From NCBI GenBank assembly GCA_964448685.1, contig CAYUWR010000011.1, forward strand, positions 23,007-87,006: 64,000 nucleotides of DNA, given 5' to 3'. Shown piece after piece: positions 57,160-64,000 of this stretch. Origin of the DNA: an uncultured Nitrososphaeria archaeon. Lineage in GTDB: Archaea > Thermoproteota > Nitrososphaeria > JACIWG01. Both the position numbers and the translations under genes were made by a program. Position 1 is the stretch's first letter, and each line of letters begins with the position of its first letter. The notes beneath the pieces were generated by a model that was not told the DNA's origin, made no database searches, and saw only the letters and a list, made by a program, of their open reading frames with translations.

Positions 57160-57625
57160 AATGATGTTGAAAATGACTTTCGTCGTTCCTGTTCAACCAC
57201 GCCATCTAGGACGATGAAATTGGAGGGTGCATCGATAGATTTAGGTGTTTTAACTTTTTGGGAGAAGTGTCGGCGAAGAAGCGGCAGTTTCGACTTCTAT
57301 CAAAATTCCGTCAATGGCAATAGATTTAGGATAATCTAGGTGCAGATCATGTTCGAGAAGATGGTAGCTCTTCCGTGGACAAGACTACAGGGGTGTTCTA
57401 AGTTTAAAGAGCGAGCGCCAAGTTTATGAAAAATATTGCATATTGGATCTATAAGAAACTTGTCATGCAAGTCGTCGAACCGAGCCTCAGCGATGTTGCC
57501 AAGAACACCCTTTTCCGTATCTATAAGAGGCTCATCATGGACATAGTGGATCCAGAGTTTAGCTATGTTATGGAGAAGTTCTCTTGAAACGTATTCTGAG
57601 AAACTAGTTGCTCTGCTTTTGCGCC
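57160..57625 (+). pseudogene. Decayed copy of the downstream GT4 gene (C-terminal part clearest)
   Basis: From 57426: MKNIAYWIYKKLVMQVVEP...KNTLFRIYKRLIMDIVDPEFSYVMEKFS* then EKLVALL, versus the GT4 end KNIAFRIYKEFVLDVVDSNFNNVVRKFSW...KKLVPLL. The upstream limit is approximate. Confidence 0.65.
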
Positions 57626-57711
57626 TCAATATGTCATCTAACAAACAGGCAGCACATGTTCAGACGTCGACAAAACAGTAAATTGAAGTCCAAACTTTTT
57701 AAGCTTAAACC

Positions 57712-59058
57712 TTGGATGTTATTGGCCATATGGATAAGAAGGGAAATAACACCATGAACATGAAGTCAGAGAAGATTGCAGATTTTGGCCCCAAACATGG
57801 AAAATGCATAGGCATCATGCATTACACCGCACCTCCGACCGAAATAGGTGGAGTGGAGATGGTGATATCAGCTCATGTCAGATTCTTGTCAAGGAAAGGT
57901 TACAAGGTTCATCTTATTTTTGGCTCAGGTGGAAGATTCAAAGACATCAACATCGTTGAACATAAAGTGGATATCTTGTCGCCCAACTCTGACAGAGTTC
58001 TTGCTGTTCAAGGGCAGATTGTAAATGAAGGGAGAGAAACTGAAGCCTTCAAAGAACTCAAGATGAAGCTTAAAGCCAGACTGAAGGCGATCTTATCAGA
58101 CTTAGACACCTGCATCGTCCATAATATTCCCTCTATGCCTTTCAATTTCGCGGCATCCGCGGCTATCAATGAATTGGTGAATGAGCTGGACACCAGGTTC
58201 ATATATTGGATACATGATATTGCACACCTTCGACCTGAATGGTCTGAGAGAATAGACCGTTTCCCGATGACCATTCTCCTTCCAAAGAATACCCGTATCA
58301 CGTATGTGACAGTTAGCAATTTCAGGGCTCAGCAACTGGAACAGCTTACACCACACTACGAGTTGGGGAAGATCCATGTTATTCCAAATGGCGTCGACGT
58401 TGAGGATTATCAGAAAATGGACAAGAACACGATTGGGCTCATGCACAAGCTTGGAGTCGCTTTTCAAGATCTTGTGATGCTGATTCCTGTTAGGGTCACG
58501 CCTAGGAAGAACATAGAGCTTGCTCTATCGGTAGCCGAGGAACTGAAGCATCTACTCGGTGATGGCAGATCTATAAAGGTCTTGATAACAGGGCCACCAG
58601 ACCACCAGGCAGTCAGCATGGGAATGAGGTATCTAGAATACTTGAATACAATAGTGAAAAGACGTGGACTTCAAGACAATGTGATATTCTGTCATGAACT
58701 CATTTCACATCAGCGGGTGTTTGAGAACAAGAGGGTTGTAAAATGGAGCGTGGGAGATGTATATACAATAGCGGATTTTGTCTTCGTTCCAAGTAGGGAA
58801 GAAGGTTTCGGCCTCCCTGTTATAGAAGCAGGAGTCGCTAGAAAAATGGTCTTCTGCGCGAGAATACCACCTTTTCAAGAACTTCTCAGGGAGGGAATTG
58901 ACGGATACATGTTCGACCTCCATGATGATCCCAAGAATATAGCATTTCGAATCTACAAGGAATTTGTCTTGGATGTGGTTGACTCCAACTTTAACAATGT
59001 CGTTAGGAAATTCTCTTGGGATACGATTCTTTCGAAGAAGCTTGTTCCTCTACTTTAG
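57712..59058 (+). CDS. GT4 glycosyltransferase, MggA/MggS-like (start uncertain)
   Basis: HYTAPP.IGGVE, IVHN, WIHD, PVRVTPRKNIE, PSREEGFGLPVIEAG. Confidence 0.8.
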   Translation: MDVIGHMDKKGNNTMNMKSEKIADFGPKHGKCIGIMHYTAPPTEIGGVEMVISAHVRFLSRKGYKVHLIFGSGGRFKDINIVEHKVDILSPNSDRVLAVQGQIVNEGRETEAFKELKMKLKARLKAILSDLDTCIVHNIPSMPFNFAASAAINELVNELDTRFIYWIHDIAHLRPEWSERIDRFPMTILLPKNTRITYVTVSNFRAQQLEQLTPHYELGKIHVIPNGVDVEDYQKMDKNTIGLMHKLGVAFQDLVMLIPVRVTPRKNIELALSVAEELKHLLGDGRSIKVLITGPPDHQAVSMGMRYLEYLNTIVKRRGLQDNVIFCHELISHQRVFENKRVVKWSVGDVYTIADFVFVPSREEGFGLPVIEAGVARKMVFCARIPPFQELLREGIDGYMFDLHDDPKNIAFRIYKEFVLDVVDSNFNNVVRKFSWDTILSKKLVPLL

Positions 59059-59073
59059 TCTATCGGCGCAACT

Positions 59074-60510
59074 CTATACCTTGGCGATCAGTTCCGCTGC
59101 TAAGAGGCGGCTATAAGTGGACTGATTGGCTCGTCTCTTAAGCATCGTACTTAAAGCAAGATAATCTATCTTGTCGATCGCCTTACTCCACGCAGGTAAT
59201 CTGTTGGCCGAAGGCGTCAGACCCCTTGCTGTATCAGCGATGGTGGAGGCGAATAGATCAAGCCGAGCCCTGTCTGACATACCCGCATACAATACTGGCT
59301 CCCTTATCTCTTTCCTCGCCGTTCTCTTGAGTCTACCAAATATCTTGCGGTATTCTGAAGTCAGGGCGTTAGCCTCTCTTCTATACTGCTCGACAAGATT
59401 GTCGATCTCTTCTTCTGACAGGTGTATCCCCTTAGCATCTAATAGAGAGAGACAGTATCTTGTGATCTGCTCCACCATATTTTGAAGCCCCTTAATAGAT
59501 TGCCCAATATGATAAAAGAGATCTAAGTCCACCTGGCCCACAGCCTGAAGCCCATATCTTCTAATAACTTGATGTAGTAAAGCGATTTCAACACTGTAGT
59601 CGTATGGGAATTCGAGGCGCTCAAGTGCTTCTCGAACTATCGCGCTTTCTCCTGAGAGAGGATACCTGATGGTGTCTAAGCCGAGAAAGATCTCAGGATA
59701 GTTCCTAGCGAGTATCTTCATAAGAGGTATAGCGAAGAGCCTTGTAGTCCTTCCTCCAAAGACATACTCCTTCCTTGGAGATTCGTACCTCAAAGTGAGC
59801 CTTCTATAGAACGCCTTAACCATTTTCAGTTTAGAGTGGGTGTCTGCAGTAGACCTTACCAAAGGATGACAAAGCGCAACCAACATTTCTTTCCTGAAAT
59901 TCATGATATCGGAGTCGAGAAAGCAGATAATGTCCCCCTTCACCAAAGGTGCCGACAGCCAAAGTGCAGTTCCTTTCCCCTGTGGAACACCTTCTAATCC
60001 AACTATATCGAGGATCTTGTATGAAATCGCAAGTTTTGAGATGTTAGGGTCAAATTGATGAACTACTTTCACGAAGAAGTCGAAGAAGCCTCTGCTTGCG
60101 TGGAGAGATTCAGCCCTACTTGAGGCTATCAGGCCGACTTCCCTCCTGAAGAGGCTAAGGTGTAGATAGGCTGTTCTGATCACCTTAGTTAGAACGCTGT
60201 AATCTGGCTTAGAGTTTTTGTCGACAGAGGCGTCTATTACAATGATTTCATCGACGTATCCGAGATCTGCGAGCCCACTGCATTCCTTCAAGAGGCGGCC
60301 AAGTGTTTCAAGCTCCTTTCTTTTCGTCTTTCGTCCGACATCGATCTTGGTCGGTATGACTATCGATATCATTATAGGCCTTTTCAGTCCTGCTTCATCT
60401 GTGACCATGGTGTCCAGCTTTTCCTCTACACATTCTCGTATGCCGACATCGGAGACTGAACCGAGGATAGAGGCCTGTGTATGCCCATTGTCTTGAATCA
60501 TAGAACCCAA
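59074..60510 (-). CDS. Glucosyl-3-phosphoglycerate synthase (GpgS)-like GT-A
   Basis: GKGTALW, GDIICFLDSD, MVKAFYRR, GGRTTRL, YPLSGE, YSVEIALL, QVDL. Confidence 0.82.
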   Translation of the reverse strand: MGSMIQDNGHTQASILGSVSDVGIRECVEEKLDTMVTDEAGLKRPIMISIVIPTKIDVGRKTKRKELETLGRLLKECSGLADLGYVDEIIVIDASVDKNSKPDYSVLTKVIRTAYLHLSLFRREVGLIASSRAESLHASRGFFDFFVKVVHQFDPNISKLAISYKILDIVGLEGVPQGKGTALWLSAPLVKGDIICFLDSDIMNFRKEMLVALCHPLVRSTADTHSKLKMVKAFYRRLTLRYESPRKEYVFGGRTTRLFAIPLMKILARNYPEIFLGLDTIRYPLSGESAIVREALERLEFPYDYSVEIALLHQVIRRYGLQAVGQVDLDLFYHIGQSIKGLQNMVEQITRYCLSLLDAKGIHLSEEEIDNLVEQYRREANALTSEYRKIFGRLKRTARKEIREPVLYAGMSDRARLDLFASTIADTARGLTPSANRLPAWSKAIDKIDYLALSTMLKRRANQSTYSRLLAAELIAKV

Positions 60511-60515
60511 TGATA

Positions 60516-61169
60516 TTAACGGATCATCTTATTTAAGTCTAAGGCAAGTAGGTCTTCGAAACTGTAGACCACAAGTTTGCAGACGTCAACTAGAGGCTTG
60601 CTTCTAGGCTTGAACGCGATGGGAAGATCTGATTCTGTGCTCATACAATAATCACCGTCTCCGTCACCCAATGTGATAACTGGACCCCCATACTTTTTCT
60701 TGCATTCACGAAGAAACCATAGTTTGCATGTGTAGAACCGCTTACAGCCTGGGATTTCCAGGCATCTGTAGGGGGATAGAATCCTGCCTGTGAACCTCCC
60801 CTTCAGGATTTGTATCTTGTGCCCGTAAACTAGGTCGATTCCAAGTCTCTGAGCTAGCCTTCTGGCCAAGAACTCATAGGAGTCAGTAGCTATACTGGTC
60901 ACAAACCCGTTCTGCTTGATGGATTTTATGAACTCGCCTGCTCCAGCATTGGCGGGAATATTGTCGAAGACTGCTTCGATCTCGTGTATCGTCTTTCCTT
61001 TGAACAGGCCCGCGATCATCTCAGCTACTCTGAAGGCGGGAAGGTTGGAACTCTCTCTGTCTATCAGATCCAGCTCTTTCCTTAAACCAAATGAATCGCA
61101 CAGCTCGTCCACAGTCCTTCTTTCAAGCAAAGTACCGTCCATGTCGACGATCAGAACCGGCTTCAACAT
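60516..61169 (-). CDS. HAD phosphatase; candidate glucosyl-phosphoglycerate phosphatase by context
   Basis: VDMDGTLL, ATDS, LGDGDGD. Lies 5 nt upstream of the GpgS-like gene. Confidence 0.8.
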   Translation of the reverse strand: MLKPVLIVDMDGTLLERRTVDELCDSFGLRKELDLIDRESSNLPAFRVAEMIAGLFKGKTIHEIEAVFDNIPANAGAGEFIKSIKQNGFVTSIATDSYEFLARRLAQRLGIDLVYGHKIQILKGRFTGRILSPYRCLEIPGCKRFYTCKLWFLRECKKKYGGPVITLGDGDGDYCMSTESDLPIAFKPRSKPLVDVCKLVVYSFEDLLALDLNKMIR

Positions 61170-62311
61170 CTAACACCATGATATTCGACCGCCTTCTCGT
61201 AGGCTGTCTCAACAACTTTGGCAACCCTATCCCAGGTAAAAAGCCTTCCAACCCTCTCACGGCCCGCTTTACCCATCACATAAGCCACATCTCTATTCTT
61301 CAACAGAAAGACGACTGATTTCGCCAATTTCCTCCAGTTTCTCGGAGGCACCAGAATGCCAGTGCGCTGGTCTTCAATAACTTCGGGTACAGCGCAGTTG
61401 TTGAAAGCCACAACCGGCTTCCCTACAGCTTGCGCTTCCGCTAGAGGGATCCCGAATCCCTCCCATAAGCTAGGAAAGCAGAAAACATCACATGAGGCGT
61501 AAAGCTGGGCAACTTCCTCATCAGGTACATAACCCATGAAGATGAACCGTTCTCTGACCCTCTGGTCAGCCAGAAGTCTGCTTATCTTCAACGTATCATG
61601 TCTAGAGGCTCCACCCACCAGAAAGTATGCGTCAGGGACTTCTCTCAAAATCAGAGGCGCTGCCTGAAGCATAAATTCAACCCCCTTGTAGGGCACCAGA
61701 CGGCCCAAGAAGAGGACCACAGGCTTGCTTCCGAGCTTGAAGCGGTCTCTTATACTTTCGCCACTTACATGTGGACTGAACCTTTCCAGGTCGACACCAT
61801 TGTAACATACCAAAATGCGTTCACTCGGGAACAGGTACTTTTCTGCCAGCTCCCGCTTCAAGTATTCGCTCACCGTGAGAGCATAGTCGATACCATATCT
61901 TGCAGCAAGAAAGGTTCCAATTCTATGGTCGATCATCTTTAACATCTGACGGCCACTACTCCAAACATTGACCGGGGCAAAACCGTGATATGTGAACACG
62001 TGAGGCTTTTCCTTCAAGAAATGGGATACACAACCCGCAAAAACACCAGGATGATATTGTGTATGCACTAGATCAAAGTCTTGAACATTTCCAACAACAG
62101 AGAAAGCGAAAGAAAGGTGTCTTACAAATGGGAGATCCTTCAGGGGGTCGTCTACGACAGTAACAGGAATGCCTCCCATGTCTTCGAAAACGTGCCTGCA
62201 AAAGACCTGTATGTCATAGCCTCTGGACATAAGCTGCCTAGAGGTCTCCCTAATATGCACAGCCTGTCCAGATCCCTTATTCAAAGTTGTCCTTATTACG
62301 GCTATTCTCAC
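61163..62311 (-). CDS. GT4 glycosyltransferase
   Basis: YNGVD, FLGRLVPYKG, PSLWEGFGIPLAEA..GKPVV. Confidence 0.92.
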   Translation of the reverse strand: MRIAVIRTTLNKGSGQAVHIRETSRQLMSRGYDIQVFCRHVFEDMGGIPVTVVDDPLKDLPFVRHLSFAFSVVGNVQDFDLVHTQYHPGVFAGCVSHFLKEKPHVFTYHGFAPVNVWSSGRQMLKMIDHRIGTFLAARYGIDYALTVSEYLKRELAEKYLFPSERILVCYNGVDLERFSPHVSGESIRDRFKLGSKPVVLFLGRLVPYKGVEFMLQAAPLILREVPDAYFLVGGASRHDTLKISRLLADQRVRERFIFMGYVPDEEVAQLYASCDVFCFPSLWEGFGIPLAEAQAVGKPVVAFNNCAVPEVIEDQRTGILVPPRNWRKLAKSVVFLLKNRDVAYVMGKAGRERVGRLFTWDRVAKVVETAYEKAVEYHGVRC

Positions 62312-62407
62312 ATCCTCATAACCACTACCTAGCGATCACGTTTTCCAATATAAGGTTTTTAATTACCAGAAGACATATTTAAACCACGATGACAACCATG
62401 GTACAGA

Positions 62408-63622
62408 ATGGAAACTGTAAAAGAGTTTGTTGAGAGGATCAGACGTGCCGACATTTTGGTGGGCATACCATCCTACAACAATGAGTCGACAATTCAGAAT
62501 GTAGTAAGCCAAGTTGGAGAAGGATTAGCCATCTACTTTCCGGACAGACGTGGCGCCATCATCGTGTCTGATGGCAACTCACTGGATAGCACACGCGACA
62601 CAGCAGCGTCTACTCCACTTCCTAAGGACGTTGAGCTGCTCGTCACAACCTATGAAGGGACAGCCGGAAAGGGCTCGGCAATAAAACTGGTCTTTGAGCT
62701 AGCACGCAGACTGGGCTCTCAAGAAGTGGCTATGGTAGATTCTGACTTAAGAAGTATCATCCCAGAGTGGGTCCACCTTCTTGTTAAACCGTTGATCAAG
62801 GGGTTCGGGTTCGTAGCGCCAAGATATCTCAGATATAAGCATGATGGCACCATAACAAATCAGATAGCATATCCGATGACAACTGCCCTCTACGGCGTCG
62901 GTGTGCGTCAACCTATAGGCGGCGATTTTGGCCTGTCTCGAACGCTCGTTGACCTCATGCTCGAATCACCATTGTGGGCTACCCCCTACACACCGAGATT
63001 CGGAATAGACATTTCCATAACGCATACAGCGCTCGCGAATAAGTTGCCTGTTGCAGAAGCGTTACTAGGAGCAAAGGTACATGACGTAAAGGATCCCACG
63101 AGACATCTTGCACCGATGTTCAGACAGGTCGTCGGAGCACTATTCAACGCGATGAGCCTCTACGCCTATGTCTGGAAGCCGATAAAGGGCTTCAGGGAAA
63201 CAAAAGTATTCAAAGGACAGATTGAGCCCACACCACCTGAACCCTTCAAAGTAGACTATCAAGCAGCGTTTGCAGCATACACAAAAGGGGTCAGAGATCA
63301 CGCTTCAACCATCGCAAGGGTCTTGCCGGATGAACTTGTCGAGACAGCCATCAAATGTACAAAAGACCAAACGCCTATTTCAGCCAGAGATTGGGCTAAG
63401 ATTTCCTTCCATTTTGCCAAAAGCTGGATTTCATCTGCAGAAAATCAAAAGGAAGACATCATTGAAGCATACCGCATCCTCTGGATGGGGAGAGTAGCAA
63501 ACCATGTGAGAGACACACTTAACCTATCGGATGAAGAAGCGGAATCAATTACAAGGAGAGATGCAGAAACCTTCGTGGACCAGAAAGACTACCTTTTGTC
63601 TATCTGGGAAGACCGCCGGTAG
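62408..63622 (+). CDS. Glucosylglycerate synthase (Ggs) / mannosylglycerate synthase-like GT-A
   Basis: ADILVGIPSYNN, GKGSA, DSDLRSI.PEW, YKHDGTITN, RQPIGGDFG, RFGIDI. Confidence 0.82.
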   Translation: METVKEFVERIRRADILVGIPSYNNESTIQNVVSQVGEGLAIYFPDRRGAIIVSDGNSLDSTRDTAASTPLPKDVELLVTTYEGTAGKGSAIKLVFELARRLGSQEVAMVDSDLRSIIPEWVHLLVKPLIKGFGFVAPRYLRYKHDGTITNQIAYPMTTALYGVGVRQPIGGDFGLSRTLVDLMLESPLWATPYTPRFGIDISITHTALANKLPVAEALLGAKVHDVKDPTRHLAPMFRQVVGALFNAMSLYAYVWKPIKGFRETKVFKGQIEPTPPEPFKVDYQAAFAAYTKGVRDHASTIARVLPDELVETAIKCTKDQTPISARDWAKISFHFAKSWISSAENQKEDIIEAYRILWMGRVANHVRDTLNLSDEEAESITRRDAETFVDQKDYLLSIWEDRR

Positions 63623-63776
63623 TCTCACATCGACAGATACTTGGAGCAAGCATCCAACATCAAACTTCATACGATGGAATTCGATCTAAGCCGAATCGTT
63701 AGAAAAAGGCGATGCAAACGAAATCATTTTATTATCCCATGAAGAACGTGAAAGGTTAACCGCTCCAGTGGGTTTG

Positions 63777-64000
63777 GTGACAGAACTGTTCGAGATCAGC
63801 CTGACTCTATCAAGATATGATCGATTCAGCGTCAACTATTGCCTTACGAGTGGCCAAATCTTCGGCTGGAAAAAGATAAAGGGGTACTGGTATGGAACTA
63901 GCAGAGGCAGACTGTTAAGAATCCACCAGACAGGTGAGGTTCTGCATGTGGCATCTAGCAAAGAGATCGGAGAGGATGAGGCTGTAAACTTTCTCGGATT
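63777..64000 (+). CDS. 8-oxoguanine DNA glycosylase (OGG N-terminal domain)-like, 3'-truncated; absent from the ORF track
   Basis: Open frame to the window end: ...FSVNYCLTSGQIFGWKKIKGYWYG..., matching the SGQxFxW motif. Confidence 0.7.
   Translation, partial: MTELFEISLTLSRYDRFSVNYCLTSGQIFGWKKIKGYWYGTSRGRLLRIHQTGEVLHVASSKEIGEDEAVNFLG

Noticed and set aside
57336..57644. 102-aa minus-strand ORF, and the 57094-57339 plus-strand ORF
   Set aside because: Better explained as decayed plus-strand GT4 sequence.

Overview
Archaeal chromosomal window with TACK-like hallmarks: a LysW-dependent Arg/Lys pathway, an A1-U72 tRNA-Gln, TATA boxes about 25-30 nt upstream of start codons, and a single-SufB/SufC (SMS-type) Fe-S system. 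The exact lineage cannot be fixed from sequence alone. In order: a LarA-like gene (5'-truncated); an acylphosphatase with a coiled-coil tail; an ACT-domain gene divergent from an argG-argH-lysW-argX-lysY-lysZ-lysJ-lysM-HCS-lysX-lysK cluster (lysW was missed by the ORF track); unknown membrane and PH/Zn-ribbon genes; a ROK kinase; a decayed IS607 resolvase; trmO; an ORF with a ubiquitin-like pattern behind htpX; tRNA-Gln; vapBC; ArsR divergent from a radical SAM/SPASM enzyme; rubrerythrin; a GalT-like gene; HtrA; a NEW3/ABC module; HAD; DHH; a P-type ATPase; a large surface protein; pgk with a bacterial-type (class I) gap; SmsBC; ppsA; and an ABC exporter. From about 50.6 to 63.6 kb lies a partly AT-rich, partly decaying putative osmoadaptation region: an ion permease, an MscS-related protein, MscS and GbsR pseudogenes, a deoxyhypusine synthase, and a five-gene glucosylglycerate / mannosylglucosylglycerate-like synthesis cluster. 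An OGG-like glycosylase runs off the right edge. All family assignments come from recognising motifs by eye; no searches were run.
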